64,000 nucleotides of DNA from Azolla caroliniana (lineage: Eukaryota > Plantae > Polypodiophyta), in the NCBI GenBank assembly GCA_043228905.1, contig JBHGNT010000012.1, forward strand, positions 13,764,001 to 13,828,000. The letters run 5' to 3'. This document shows, piece by piece, positions 11,182 through 25,026 of this stretch. The translations under genes were made by a program, and so were the position numbers. The number at the start of each line of letters is the position of its first letter. Within the stretch, counting starts at the first letter, position 1. Under the pieces are notes generated by a model that was given only the letters and a program-made list of their open reading frames with translations, made no database searches and was not told where the DNA came from.

Positions 11182-13809
11182 ATGTGTTGGGCGAAAGAAT
11201 TCATCATCTATGTAGAGATGATGATGATGATGATGGAAAACAGTAATCAGCAGATTAATGGTAACACATTTGTGGAGTTGCTCAAGGCTTGTGCCAAGAA
11301 GAAGGATATCTGTAGAGGGACTCAAATACATGCTAACATTCTCAAGAGAGGTTTGCTTGAGAAGAGCCCTTACCTAGCCACCACTTTGATCAGTATGTAT
11401 GCCAAGTGTGGTGAGCTCGGAAAAGCTCGGCAAGTGCTTGATGACCTTCATGTTAGAGATGTGGTGTGTTGGAATGCTCTCATTTCAGAGTATGCCCGAC
11501 AACAGCAAGGTCATGAAGCACTAAGTTGTTTCGAAAAGATGCAACAAGATGGTATCTCTCCTGATGGGGTCACCTTCACTTGCATCCTTAAAGCTTGTGG
11601 AAGTATAAGAGCTATTGACAAGGGCAAACAAATTCATGATGAGATTGTTTGTCGAGGATTGTTGGAGAAACATGCCATCCTCGGGAATGCTTTGGTGGAT
11701 ATGTATGCTAAATGTGGCATGCTTGCGAAAGCATGTCAAGTACTGAAAGGGCTTCCGGAGAGAAGTGTTGTCACTTGGTCTTCAGTGATTGCAGGGTATG
11801 CCCAAGAGGGACAAGGCCACGAAGCTCTCAGTTGTTTTGAAGAGATGCAAAAGGATGGCATCTCACCTGATGGGGTTACCTTCATTTCTATTTTGAAGGT
11901 ATGTGGTTGCATAGGAGCTATTGATAGGGGTACACAAATTCATTGTGAGATTGTTAAGAAAGGCTTGTTAGATAAGAACGATGTACTTGGCAATGCTTTA
12001 GTGGGTATGTATGCCAAATGTGGTTTGCTTGGGAGGGCACGAGAAATGCTTGAAGTTCTTTCAGTTCGAGATGTGATCTCTTGGTCGACACTAATTGCAG
12101 GATATGTCCAAGATGGACGAAACCATGAAGCACTCATTTGTTATGAGCATATGCAAAATGAGGGTGTTCATTCGAATGAGGTCACTTTCATTTGCATTCT
12201 TAATGCTTGTGGAAATGTTGGAGACATTGAAAAGGGCAAAACTATTCATGATGAGATTATAAATAGAGGGTTTATGGAAAAAAATGTCCAGGTTGGGAAT
12301 GCATTGGTCAGTATGTATGCCAAGTGTGGTCTACCAGCAAAAGCACAAAAAGTTTTTGATCAGCTTTCCGCAAGAGATGTTGTCTCTTGGTCTTCATTGA
12401 TTGCAGGGTATGCCCAAGAAGAGCAAGGTTTTCAAGCACTTGATTGCTTTGTGCAAATGCAACAAGAGGGCATTCCACCTAATGAGGTCACATTTATTTC
12501 GGTTCTGAAGACCTGTGGCAGCATTAATGCAATAGACAAGGGCAAACAAATTCATGAGGAGATTCTTGCTAAGGGCTTGCTCAAGCACAATAATATTGTG
12601 CTTGGCAATGCTTTGGTGGAGATGTATACCAATTGTCGAGAGCTTGCAAAAGCACGAGAAGTGGTCAAAGAACTTCTGGTTCGAAATATAGTCTCTTGGA
12701 ATCTACTGATTGCCGGGTATGCTCAAGAAGGCCAAGCTCATGAAGCGCTAAACTGTTTTGAATGTATGAAAAGAGAGGGCGTCTTTCCAAATGAGATTAC
12801 CTTCACTTGCATACTCAAGGCCTGTAGTTGCGTAGGAGCTATTGACAATGGCAAAGTCATTCACAATGAGCTTGTCTGTAGGGACTTGCTAAAGGAAAAC
12901 ATTGTGTTGGGTAATTCGTTGGTGGATATGTACGCCAAATGTTGTTTATTTGAAGAAGCAGGCCACGTTGTTGAAGAGCATTTTCTTCACAATGTGGTAT
13001 CGTGGTCAGCACTAATTGCAGGATATGCTCAAGATGGTCAAAGCCATGAAGCACTTAACTGTTTTGCACGTATGCAAAGGGAAGGAATCTCTCCGAACGA
13101 GATCACCTTTGCAAGCATCTTGAAGGCATGTGGGAGCATAGGAGCTATTGACAAGGGCAAACAAATTCACCATGACATTGCCAATGGGGGATTGTTGGAG
13201 AGAAATATTGTTGTGGGCACTGCTCTGGTAGACATGTATGCTAAATGTGGCATGCTTTTGAAAGCACAAGAGGTGCTTGAAGAGCTTTCTATTCGGAACA
13301 TTGTCTCTTGGAATGCATTGCTTGGAGGATATGCTCAAGAAGGGAATTGCCACGAAGCCCTGAATGTTTTCGAACGAATGCAAAAGGAGGGTCTCTTTCC
13401 AAACGAGATAACCTTCTTAGGTTTGTTGAATTCATTCGCTCACTCAGGAAAGTTGGATGAGGCCAAATTTTATTATGAGGATATGAGTACAATTTATGGA
13501 ATTGCATCACAGTTTGAGCATTATGCTTGCATGATGATCATTTGTGGATGTTTAGGCCGCTTTGAGAAGGCGATGTCGGTGATTAAGATGATGCCCTCTT
13601 CTGATGATCCGTCAGTTTGGCTCGCACTCTTAGGTACTTGTAGGAAATGGGAAAATGTGAAGCTTGGGAGATTGGCATTTGATCAAATAATACTATTGGA
13701 TAATACTCTTGGTGCCGCTTATGTTCTGATGGCTAAGATTTATAAAAATGCAGGCATGCATGAGGATGCCAAAGAGGTAGAAGACATGAATCCAGCTTGT
13801 AAGAATTAA
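11182..13809 (+). CDS. PLS-class PPR protein with E domain (7 triplets), no DYW
   Basis: 875-aa ORF with the same repeat architecture as 5883-8486. The true start may be one of the Met codons in the (ATG)6 run at 11218-11235. Confidence 0.93.
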   Translation: MCWAKEFIIYVEMMMMMMENSNQQINGNTFVELLKACAKKKDICRGTQIHANILKRGLLEKSPYLATTLISMYAKCGELGKARQVLDDLHVRDVVCWNALISEYARQQQGHEALSCFEKMQQDGISPDGVTFTCILKACGSIRAIDKGKQIHDEIVCRGLLEKHAILGNALVDMYAKCGMLAKACQVLKGLPERSVVTWSSVIAGYAQEGQGHEALSCFEEMQKDGISPDGVTFISILKVCGCIGAIDRGTQIHCEIVKKGLLDKNDVLGNALVGMYAKCGLLGRAREMLEVLSVRDVISWSTLIAGYVQDGRNHEALICYEHMQNEGVHSNEVTFICILNACGNVGDIEKGKTIHDEIINRGFMEKNVQVGNALVSMYAKCGLPAKAQKVFDQLSARDVVSWSSLIAGYAQEEQGFQALDCFVQMQQEGIPPNEVTFISVLKTCGSINAIDKGKQIHEEILAKGLLKHNNIVLGNALVEMYTNCRELAKAREVVKELLVRNIVSWNLLIAGYAQEGQAHEALNCFECMKREGVFPNEITFTCILKACSCVGAIDNGKVIHNELVCRDLLKENIVLGNSLVDMYAKCCLFEEAGHVVEEHFLHNVVSWSALIAGYAQDGQSHEALNCFARMQREGISPNEITFASILKACGSIGAIDKGKQIHHDIANGGLLERNIVVGTALVDMYAKCGMLLKAQEVLEELSIRNIVSWNALLGGYAQEGNCHEALNVFERMQKEGLFPNEITFLGLLNSFAHSGKLDEAKFYYEDMSTIYGIASQFEHYACMMIICGCLGRFEKAMSVIKMMPSSDDPSVWLALLGTCRKWENVKLGRLAFDQIILLDNTLGAAYVLMAKIYKNAGMHEDAKEVEDMNPACKN

Positions 13810-14520
13810 GGAATCCACATTTAAGGGGTCATTCTGATGAAGTCAAAGTGGTTAGCGCAGCAACGACGAGTTGGAGTTTGAGCTTCGAGACGTTAAAATC
13901 TTGAGTTGAAGTTTGGATATGGTGTCTATCCTAAGGCTAGGACCATTCAAAGATGCAAGCATAGATATGTTCTTAATACCATAGGAATCATACAAACAAT
14001 TAAGAGCTCCCTCAAAAAAAATCTGAATGTACAACAAGGACTCAAAATAGCTGAAGTACTTGAAAGCCTTTGGATAAGTTGTCGTACAAATTGATCATGG
14101 GAGAGAAAACCAAGCCAATAAAAATATCAAGGGTAATCTCTGACATACCCTTTAGTTGTTTTCTTCTTCCCCGATGCCCTCCTTGGTTAACCCTCAAAAG
14201 ATAGAGAAGAGATGAATCACCATAGAATTGTGCAAATAGAGTATATAATTGCTCAGGATGGCATTGCTAAGAGCATTTGGGAAGTGATGAAAACGTAGGG
14301 GTTTTGTGGGAGTGATTCCCTAAAAACCAATGACAGCAAGTGAAATCATAAGACATCTTTTCTCAAAAGCTAACAAAAACCTCCTGTTCACAACCCTCGA
14401 ATATCACGTATGGAAGGATGCATGCGAGAAGGACTTGCATGGAAGGATGACTCCCTCTCACTGACTCGACTGAGACTATGTTGTAGTGTTGAAATTATTG
14501 CTTTGAGGTCATGCACTCAT

Positions 14521-14677
14521 TGATCCACTAGCTGTGGCCAATGTATTCCATTTCACATATAACCTTGAAAGATGCTGAAAAGATGGATGTTGACAAATAC
14601 ATGGATCATGATCCACTAGATGTGGCCAATGTATTCCATTTTACATATTACTTTGAAAGATGCTGAAAAGATGGATG
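14521..14677. repeat. Local direct duplication, ~69-bp unit, 2 copies, 88-bp period
   Basis: TGATCCACTAG.TGTGGCCAATGTATTCCATTT...GAAAAGATGGATG occurs at 14521 and 14609. Confidence 0.8.
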
Positions 14678-16003
14678 ATTGTGAGTAATTTTGCACTCAT
14701 CGTGGTCTTGCACAACAAAAATGTCAAAAGGTCTGGATTCTTTTCGCTGACAATTATCCAATATTCTGAGTGATTGAGAGCATTGAGTACTTGATATCCA
14801 ATTATAAATGGAATGGATGTGTAATTTTGACAACTCGTGGAGAGGATGCAACCATGACTAAAACTCTATTCATCAGTCATATGAATGGAAAGAGTGGCTG
14901 ACTTTGTGCATCAAATTAAAGAACTAATATCCTTGTAGATTCTTGTGGATCGCCTGAAAAACAAGTTCTAAGATCCAAAAACTCAAAAGACAAGCTGTTA
15001 TGCATGGGATTAGTGCTTCACATGTCCAAGAAATGAGATGTACTCTTGTCAAAGGATCTATCTCTCCATCACCCTAGACATCCTTAAGAAACAATACATG
15101 TCTAAATAAATGGGAGGAGAAATGATCCTTTCTTAAATACATCCATCTTCTTCTCCTCCAAAAGAGATTACCAACTCCTACAACATACAAACTTGTCGTC
15201 CCACCTTCACAACAATCCATAAATCTGCCTAGGTCTTAGTGATGTTGCATTAAAACAATCCTTTGGGGTAGCGTTAATTCATCCCTCAACCTATGAACAT
15301 ACTCTTGCCTAAAACACACAATTTGAAGCTCACACCATTGAATGAGGATTGGCACCCAAAACATAAAAATATTTAATTGTGCTTGTATGGAAGTCAAATA
15401 ATATCCTCTCTAAGTAAGTAAATGGCAATGAATTGTGTGCATCATGCTAATATGTTGTTGTAAGACGCACAATGGAATGACCCCTTCATGGAATTTCCGT
15501 CATGCAATCCCCCCTTTGTGTGATTCTTTAGTGGATTGGCCTTCCTGCAATTCCGTTGTGGATTGCTCTCGCAGAATAGCATAACATTTGTACAATGAAT
15601 GAGAGTTCATGGATTGAATGGGCGCTCTTGCAAACCCCCGAAAAGATGATGGAACAAATCCCCTTTTTGTCTCTCCCCATCCCATTTTATAGTGAGAGGA
15701 TAGAGAGACCCACGCATCGCAATAAATGCACACACCTGCCCATTATTCATCTAGACTCCAAAAAAAGATAGATTATTCTCATCTATGCACGTGTTAAGAT
15801 ATGAAATCTTGTCTTTCACCAAAGGATTAATACCCTTCAACCTTTTGGCTATTCACTTCATATTTTGATTTTGTTCATATGTATACATATTTGCACCCTT
15901 TTTGTGGCTATCATGTTCTCCTTTTTTTACCCTTGGACCTGCCACATCATGACAACAATATTGATAATATGTAGCGGGAAACATGTGTAGACCACATGCT
16001 TGA

Positions 16004-16117
16004 ATACACAAAGGCTCTACCCCTACTGACTGATACAAAGGCTATATCCCTATGGACTGGTACGAAGGTTCTATCCCGACGGACTGATACAAAGGCTCTA
16101 TCCCGACGGACTGATAT
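16004..16117. repeat. 27-bp minisatellite, about 4 copies, upstream of a PPR gene
   Basis: Repeated variants of the unit ACAAAGGCTCTATCCCGACGGACTGAT. Confidence 0.75.
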
Positions 16118-16374
16118 AGACATGGTTAGAATTCACGAGAAATTTCCAGAGAGGTCATCCAAAGGTTTTTGCTTTGGATAATTTTGGACATTTACTTGGG
16201 GGGGCCTAAAGCATCTACATTTCCACACAAAGGCATATAATGGTGGCAGGTTTTTCCAAGGAAGAATCAATGGAGGCAATCAATTAGCTCTGATGATTTC
16301 AAATTTCAATATTTCTACTTCTGATTAGAGAGAACAGAGTATAGAGTGAGAAATGGAGCTTTCCCAGGACAGTA

Positions 16375-18090
16375 ATGGATGGAGTGAATGAGAAGAAGAG
16401 AATGGAAAATGCCCAAAGAAACCCAAACGACATGATTAACAGCCACTCTCTGATGCAGGCATCTGCATTTGTGGAGTCACTCAAGGCCTGTGCCAAGAAG
16501 AAGGATTTGTATACAGGTAAAAGATTGCATGGTGAGATTGTGAAGAAAGGTTTGCTTGAAAAGAACCCTTATATAGCTACCACTTTGATACACATGTATG
16601 CCAAATGTGGCGCTCTTTCAAAAGCTCAGCAAGTGCTCGAAGAGATACATGACAGGGATGTGGTGTGCTGGAATGCCCTCATTTCAGGATATGCCAATCA
16701 CGGGCAAGGTCAAGAAGCCCTAATCTGTTTCCACAGAATGCAAGGGGAAGGACTCTCTCCCGATGCAGTTACTTTCACTTGCATCCTCAAGTCTTGCGGC
16801 AGTATAAGGGCTATTGGCAAGGGCAAACAAATTCATGAAGAGATTGTCAGTAAACGTTTTCTGGAGAAAAATATTGTGCTTGGCAATGCTTTGATTGACA
16901 TGTATGCCAAATGTGGCATACTTGGGAAAGCACACCAAGTGCTCGAAGAGCTTCCAGTTCGGAATGTAGTCTCTTGGTCGTCACTGATAGCGGGGTATGT
17001 TCAAATTGGGCAAGCTCCTAAGGCACTCGATTGTTTCGAACGCATGCAGAGGGAGGGCATCCATCCTAACGAATTTACCTACACTTGTGTTCTGAAAGCC
17101 TGTGCTAACATAGGGTCCGTCAACAAGGGAGAAAGCATTCACCAGGAGATTGTAGATAAGGGGTTTTTAAAGCAAAGTATCATGCTTGGCAACGCTGTGG
17201 TGGATATGTATGCCAGATGTGGACTACTTCAGAAGGCACAAGAAGTGCTCCATGGGCTATGTGTACGGGACACTGTCTCTTGGTCTGCATTGATTGCCGG
17301 GTATGCCCGAGAGGGGCAAGGCCATGAAGCAATCAACACGTATGAAAGGATGCGGAGGGAAGGACTTTCTCCAGATGAGGTCACATTCACTTGCATACTG
17401 AAGGCATGTGGCAATGTTGGAGCTATTGATAGAGGCAAGGAAGTTCACGATGAGATTTTGAGTCTGGGCCTTTTGGAGAAGAATATTGTGCTTGGCAATG
17501 CCTTGGTTGATATGCATGCCAAATGTGGTGTTCTTGAAAAAGCACGCGAATTGCTCGAAGAACTTCCTTCTCGAAATGTTGTCTCTTGGTCTTCAGTTAT
17601 TGCAGGCTATGCCCAAGAGGGGCAGGGTAATGAAGCACTCAGATGTTTTTCAAGGATGCAAGGGGAAGGCCTTGCTCCAGATAACGTGACCTTTCTATGC
17701 ATTCTCAATGCATGTAGTCACTCTGGGAAATTGGATGTAGCCCAAACATATTATGAGAATATGAGCAGAAAATATGGGATCTCACCAAAAGTAGAGCACC
17801 ATACGTGCATGGTGGCTGTTTTTGGATGTGCGGGGTGCTTCGGGAAGGCAATGTCTGTGATCAAGATGATGCCATCTTCAAATAATCCATCGGTTTGGCT
17901 TGCACTTTTAGAAGCTTGTAGAAAATGGGGAAATGTGAAACTGGGGAGATTAGCTTTTGATCATGCAATACAAATAGATCATAATCTTTCGACGGCATAC
18001 ACACTTATGTGTAAGATTTATGCAGCTGCTGGTATGAAAGAAGATGCAAAGATGGTTGAAATCATCAGAGTAAGCACGAAGGGATCATGA
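16375..18090 (+). CDS. PLS-class PPR protein with E domain (4 triplets), no DYW
   Basis: 571-aa ORF. The N-terminal repeats are very similar to those of the 33143-36175 protein, and an E domain is present. Confidence 0.92.
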   Translation: MDGVNEKKRMENAQRNPNDMINSHSLMQASAFVESLKACAKKKDLYTGKRLHGEIVKKGLLEKNPYIATTLIHMYAKCGALSKAQQVLEEIHDRDVVCWNALISGYANHGQGQEALICFHRMQGEGLSPDAVTFTCILKSCGSIRAIGKGKQIHEEIVSKRFLEKNIVLGNALIDMYAKCGILGKAHQVLEELPVRNVVSWSSLIAGYVQIGQAPKALDCFERMQREGIHPNEFTYTCVLKACANIGSVNKGESIHQEIVDKGFLKQSIMLGNAVVDMYARCGLLQKAQEVLHGLCVRDTVSWSALIAGYAREGQGHEAINTYERMRREGLSPDEVTFTCILKACGNVGAIDRGKEVHDEILSLGLLEKNIVLGNALVDMHAKCGVLEKARELLEELPSRNVVSWSSVIAGYAQEGQGNEALRCFSRMQGEGLAPDNVTFLCILNACSHSGKLDVAQTYYENMSRKYGISPKVEHHTCMVAVFGCAGCFGKAMSVIKMMPSSNNPSVWLALLEACRKWGNVKLGRLAFDHAIQIDHNLSTAYTLMCKIYAAAGMKEDAKMVEIIRVSTKGS

Positions 18091-20326
18091 ATCAAGTTGT
18101 GTGCCACTGTTTATTTTTCTATTCTGGGTACATGCTTAAGCTTAGCAAGTTGGAATTGTTGAGAAAGAAACTTAGATGTGCATGTTTTGGACTTCTATGA
18201 AAGAATGGACTTGTATGCAAAATGACTGTTGATTGAGCTGAAACAGGATGTTATCTTCTGGACCACCAATTATTCAGGGGATGAAATCACTCCGAAATTA
18301 AAAGTAACTTTCAGACAAATTTGAGAGGTGTTGATGATAACTAGAAAAATTTAAAGCATGAGGAGCCCCAATACAATCACCAGAAATGCATAATTATGGG
18401 TAACATATTCATGTGATTTCAAAGTAATATAGCAATTATATTTCTCATGGGGAGTGAGGCTGGACAGAAAGAAGTTTATGCAAAATTGCCATGGAATGGA
18501 ATGAAATAGTTGCCTATAAGATAACAATATTTGTTGAAGGACTAGTTTGTACCTATAGAGAGATTGACAGTAACTGGTAATATTTCAGTTTTTGTGAAGT
18601 GAACCTCACAAGTTGGAGGAATGATAAATGTACGCCCAAGAAAGTGAAATAATATGCATCCATATAAATCCATTCATGTGGAAATTAATCAACGTTGATC
18701 GGTTTCTATTTAAAAAGATTTTGAAATAAAAATCAGGTTCCCAAAAGTGTGGCATTAGGTGTACATGTATTATTGAATAATCCCATATGCATTATTCATA
18801 AGATTTACCTTCACAAGATAATTGTGCTCATTTTCAGCTCATGTAGCATAAGAGCAGATTTTCTCTTCATTGAGAAACAAAAGTAGTTGAATACCTAAGG
18901 CGAGTTCTTGTGCAAGATTGAATTCTGTTTTCCAACAATATCATTCTCTTAGAATAGGAATTGCAGAATTTTAATCACTAACTGCTACACAAGACATTGG
19001 CATTATGCATGTCTAACTTTCGATCCTTGCCAAAGCCCAAGATTATATTTAAAATGTATCTCCTGGAGACAACAAATAATCATCACCCAGAAGCACCTAG
19101 TGGACAGGCCACATCAACCCTTAATGTCTGACCCTCAATCTCTTCACATAACCAAAAGACAAGCAAAATAACCATCTCACATAGAAAATGTCTAGTTTTT
19201 ATTGTATAGGATATCTTCATTTTGTAGATTACATAAAGTGCACTTACATGACCATGAAGCACAACAATAGCACTTTGTCTTCTGTCACAATACAAATGAA
19301 CACAACAACACGACCTCCTATCATTGATGCAATCGTGAATGCCTTCTGCTTCTTGTATCACTTCGAGTGAAAGGAAATCCAACTGACATAGGAATATTAT
19401 TCAATTTTTGGCAAGAATCTGTTTTTTAGTCAAGCTTTTCCTGTTGTTTCATGTTGCAGTGCTTGCTTAACGCTTCATAGGCTCTTCCTTGGCTACATAC
19501 CATCCCCTCCTTACTCATTTTACAAAGACAACGAGTTGCTTCATATACACCAACTCAATATCACCATGAAGAAAGATAGTTTTTTTATCCATTTGCTCCA
19601 ACTATATCTCCTCCACAGTGATTTTCAGTAGCATATGGAAATTGTCATCTTTGTGACTGGGATAAGATTACATTGACATGTACACAATTTTGATGCTTCA
19701 ATTCTTTTTCCAACAAAGCCATCTTTTACACTTCAAATTTGGATTCTCGAATGTGTACTTTGGTCTATATATTGCTCTTTATGGCGAGTCCCTACTTAAC
19801 CCTATCAACAAATTTGATCAATGGGGTTATCTCTACTAAATTCATTTAATGTCAGATTCGCCATGTGCCCAAAGCTTGATTTTCATGGATTCTGTGACGA
19901 CATAGGGATCCTTTCTTGTGCTTTTGGGCTCTCCTCAAATCCTTTGTTGCAACATCCAATATTTTGTAATCCCTTTTAGTTGCTCACTCCTCTTCTTGGA
20001 TTCATAGTTTGCATTTGCCCTACAATCCATGCATTTGCATCTATGAAGTTTTACATGCTTGAACTTTATGTATAAAAGGTTCTAATCCTCAAATCTATTT
20101 GACCATTTGCAATTCTACCTTTCTGGGTATTTAATGAAGCATCTTCTCTCTACAAAAGACTACATCACTACTCCAAATCACTCTTCAGGGGGATTACATT
20201 CCACAATTGATATCCAAACTTGGCATTAGAACCATATTCGAGGTCTAGTATTGTGGTGTAAAGATATAGGAGACCAACCTTCCGTTGCATAGTTGATACA
20301 ACAATTTCTCTCTAAAAATAGGAGAA

Positions 20327-20362
20327 ACACACACACACACACACACACACTCTCTCTCTCTC
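20327..20362. repeat. Compound microsatellite (AC)n(TC)n
   Basis: Read directly from the sequence. Confidence 0.9.
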
Positions 20363-23300
20363 TTTGGTGAAAACACACAATTATATTAATAAATGTGTGA
20401 AAAAAACACTACTTGCAATAGGTGTGACAATGGAGTATGCTCACCCATTAACTACACTACATGGGTAGTGGAACATGTTGAATTGCCAATAGGCAAGACA
20501 AACACTCCACCAAGAAAAGAATTTCCACTTGCTCCAATAAAGAAAATTGCCACATTAGTATTCCCTTCAACTTTCGTAGATATGCTTTCACTCCATGTCT
20601 ACCGTTGAATACAAAAGCGTTGCGCATATTCCAATTATGACGCAATCTCCAATATCTCAAAAATAGAAAAACGATCTCCTCTCTGATTTTGGGTCAACCT
20701 GTGTAGATTGTGCAAACACCCATTGTCTAGGTGTCAAATAACACCGTAATAAAACTTGCCAAATTTGAGAAATGTAACTCCAAGTCTGACAAGCAATCAG
20801 ACGTTGTATAAATCGATGAGTACTATCTTCCATTTGAACAATGCAAAAGAAACAATTACCCGTTGCTAATCCACGACACTTTAGAGCTAATCCCAAAGGC
20901 GATCCAAATGAAGAACTTTGCTACAAGTGGCAATTTAGAATGCCAACTACGTTGTATGATTTGCCACCACCCATGATCAGATTTGTGTAATCTCCATTCT
21001 TCTTCGGCCTTAGACGATAACCATCCAAGAGAATCAACAGAGCAATGATACAAAAGATTAGTAGTCACTTGTAATAATGATGTTTGACCCTTTGAACACC
21101 AATCAAGCCACGGTTGTTCTCGTGCATCAATGGAATATTATGTAGTTGTTGCCAAATAAACCCATAATTAGGCGGAATGCGTAATAATTGTCGTGCTTCA
21201 GCAAACTCCAAAATTCTTTGAGATGGAGTCTCAACTATATCCCCCATCTCTTTGACCCCCAAACGAAACAAACGATTAAATTGAGAGTGCAATCTCTTCT
21301 TTCTTGGCCAACATAAGAACCGAGAAGATACAAGCAACTTTTTTTGCAAAGAATTACAATGCTCTCTACTAGATGATGGTTTCCATACACATAACAAGAG
21401 TGATTCTTGCCATGAGGTAACCAAGTGTTGAACACATGTAGAGCCCGGAATCCTAAGTGAAATACATCCATTCAGTAATTGCCACCATGAAGCCTTAATT
21501 GTTGTCATCCCATGTGTTAAACCCTTGTTCTCAATGAAATATTGAACAATAGATATCCATGGTTGTGAGTTTGAACACATATCTTGTAATAATGAAAATC
21601 TACGAGCCATCATATGCTTAGATAAGTTCAATATTCCAGCTCCCCCCAAGTGCTTAGGGGTTGCTTGATGACTCCATGCAACCCAAGTGATTCCCATCTT
21701 ATCCCTCTTCTTCCACAACAAATATCGAAGAGGTTGCAAAATAGAATGCAAAGCCTTCTTTGTCCATGGAAACAATGACAAGTAATATAATATCATGGGT
21801 TCCATAATACATTGTACAACCTTCAATCGTACATGAAATGGCCAAGATTGTGACTTCCAATACATAAACTTATCCCTCAACTTACTAGACATCCATTCAA
21901 TCAATTGACCATTTGTAACATTCATTCCTAATGGATAGCCCAAATGTCGAAAAATAGAGCCTTTCTTCACCACGCATCCTTGCCATCCTAAACATTCCAA
22001 ATCCCTTTCAGTACATGATATGTGACTAGACTTCCTCCAATTAATATGTAATCCGGAAGCCAATACAAATTGGTTCCATACAAGCATCCCCTTCTCAAGA
22101 TTCTCTTGTGAGGCTTGTAGAAACATGAAAGAATCATAAGCCAAAGCTTGTGCTACTAGTTGCCCTCCAGACGGAAGGTGTAGACCCACAATATCACCAT
22201 TTGTTGCAAGCCTGGATAACATCACTAACAAGGGATGAGTAACAATAGCAAACAACAATGGACTAATAGGGCATCCTTGACGAACGGATCTTGTGAGGGC
22301 AATATCTGATGTAACTCCCCCATTAAGCATTACTCGAGACACCACATCTTGTCTTAATAAAAATATGAGGCGAGACATATGAGGTCCAAAGCCCATTGTA
22401 TGCATTAACCCAGAAACAAAGGACCAATTAACATGATCATAAGCTTTCTCCAAATCTAATAGCACCATAATCAATTCTTGATGAGTGTTTCGAGCAATAT
22501 ATTCCTACATGCAATAAAACCATATTGGGCGGGATGTGTCAACTTTGGCAAATACTTTTGTAATCTATTTGCCAAGACCTTTGTAAATATCTTATACAAC
22601 CCCCCCATCAAAGAAATAGGTCTCCATTGATGAAATGACTCTGGAGATGCCACCTTTGGAATTGATTTAATTAGACCAACCTTCCAAACTTGAGGCATAC
22701 GACCAAAATCCCAAGAATGTTGAAACATCAAAGTTAAGGGCCCCTTTAAAATGTTCAAATATTGCTTAAAAACTTCATTTGTCAAGCCATCCCAACCGGG
22801 GCTCTTACCACTAGGAAGATGCCTTAAAACTTTCTCCACCTCATCCTTAGTGAAATCTGCATCCAATTCATGACTAATGAGGTCATGCACAATACATCCA
22901 ACCACATCATAAAACTCATGACGTGCTCTACTCACCTCATTTGTCATTAACGATTGTGGGTCAATCAACTCCTTAAAGTAATGAACACATATATGTCAAT
23001 TATTGTAGTAGGATCCACTATCCATTCATCCCCTTGCTTCACATGTACCACATTAGATCGAGTATAAGTAGGATGTAACTCTTGGAAAAACAAATGAGAT
23101 TGACATTGATTATATATGAGCCCATCCCTCAATTGTTGCATCTTCGCATAACGATAACTTTGGCATTGCAACTGAGAAATAATAACATGCAATTGACTTT
23201 GGATATCCAAAAGCTCCTCATCTAATGGTGCATGTATCAATAATGCATTACACTTGGAGAGAACATGTGAGAATCGTCGAACTTGAAGACCTCTTCTTCG

Positions 23301-25026
23301 TTGAGCATTAGTTACTCCATACATACGACGAATGATCTTAATGTTTCATAATGTGATTTCCCATGCTTTAACTCCTTTAAGATTCACTTCTTGTGAAAAA
23401 TTTACCAAAATTTGCTCCATGAGAGAATCAAAGTGAGGTTGAAGCAAAAGAGAAGAGTTAAAGCATAATTGAGGCTTTCCAAGTAAAGACTTATACATGT
23501 CAATTGCATGACCACAAACCTCCAAACAAATAGGAAAGTGATCTGAAGTTCCTACATCTTGTAAAACTGTCATACGAAGTGATGTCGGTAAAAAAGAATC
23601 ATTGTGCATCACATATATTCTATCTAACTGAATCCATGTTTGTCTATGTTGAGCGGATTGGAAAGTAAAACCTAGATCATTCCCATGCAACCATGTCCAA
23701 ACATCCAACTTTAGAACCTCCATAGCCAATGAATCCCAAGCAAGTTGCTCAGGATCATCCATGATTAAATGTCCAGAACTAGATTGAGATGCATCAACAC
23801 ACATGTTAAAATCACCCATAAGTAATCTTGGACGACCAACACATAGGGTTTGACAGAGTGAGCCCCATAATGCAATACGTTGCGTGGCTTGGTTAGGGGC
23901 ATAAATCCCAACCACCCACACAACCTTGCCAAAAAAAGTGATTTCTAGAACCAAAAACCGACCATAAGGATCATTATGCACCACTTGAGGATAATATTCA
24001 CCCCACACGATTAATACCACACCTGAATAATGATTATTAAGATGTCCTACATTGAATGATGAATATCCACTCAAATGAACTGTGGATCTTGCTAACTCAT
24101 GACACTTATGCTCAACTGCACATAATACATCCCATTCTTTATTTAACAAACTTTGCCATAATATATACTTCTTATGAGGAGAACATGCCCCTCACACATT
24201 CCATGTTACCACTTTCATTCAATCAATAATGTTATGGGCACACTTGCTCCTTCAGGGCAACCAATGTCAAGAAACTAGTCAAAGCAAGTTCCAATGCTGC
24301 ATATGGATTTTCATGCACCACATCCTTAGGGGCATCTGTCGAAATCTTTTGTTTAGGTTCTCCTGCTTGATGAAAACCTCGAGAATTCGATGAGTTTACA
24401 ACCCGTTCCAATGAATCAAACTGAAGGTGAAGGGGTAATCCCTTATCCCTAAATTGTCTTTGCCAAGGAACTTTTTGAGAACCCTCACTAGTTCCTGAAT
24501 TACCTTTCCAAGTAGTCTCACGAGTAGTGGGCAAACTATTACGTTGCATATTCATTGATTTCCCCTTCGACTTGCCCTTAACTTGATGCCAATCCTTTTC
24601 AACAACATCACTACTAGTTCTATCCAAAGGTTTTTTCCCCTTATCTATAACCACCAAACTTTGTTTTTCCATATCCATATATTGAGCTCCCTTATTCTTA
24701 GGGCCCAAACCTTCAAGTGAAACCTCTTTATAACCTGCTCTAGATGATGTTCCTTCATCCATAACAACCACAATATCTGACACACCAACATCTCTCCCAA
24801 CTCCTTCCTTACCATTCCCTTCATTAGGAACCTATAGTTGAAGGACAATGACGATGGCATTCCGCCATAAAGTGACCCCATTCACCACATTCAAAACAAT
24901 GGCCTACAAATGTGTCCCACTTCAATTTAAAACAAAGTCTTTTCATACCAGGTGTGTTCATACGCAGCCATCCTGGCCTCTTACTATCAAGATTCGAACT
25001 CTTGACATGACCATGTTATAATCGAG

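Noticed and set aside
18091-18400. DYW remnant downstream of the 571-aa PPR (also checked after 13809)
   Set aside because: No PG-box, HxE or CxxC pattern was readable by eye.
19700-20235. Possible old LTR with a degenerate PBS (TGGCATTAGAACC at 20221)
   Set aside because: Too degenerate, with no partner LTR or coding region.
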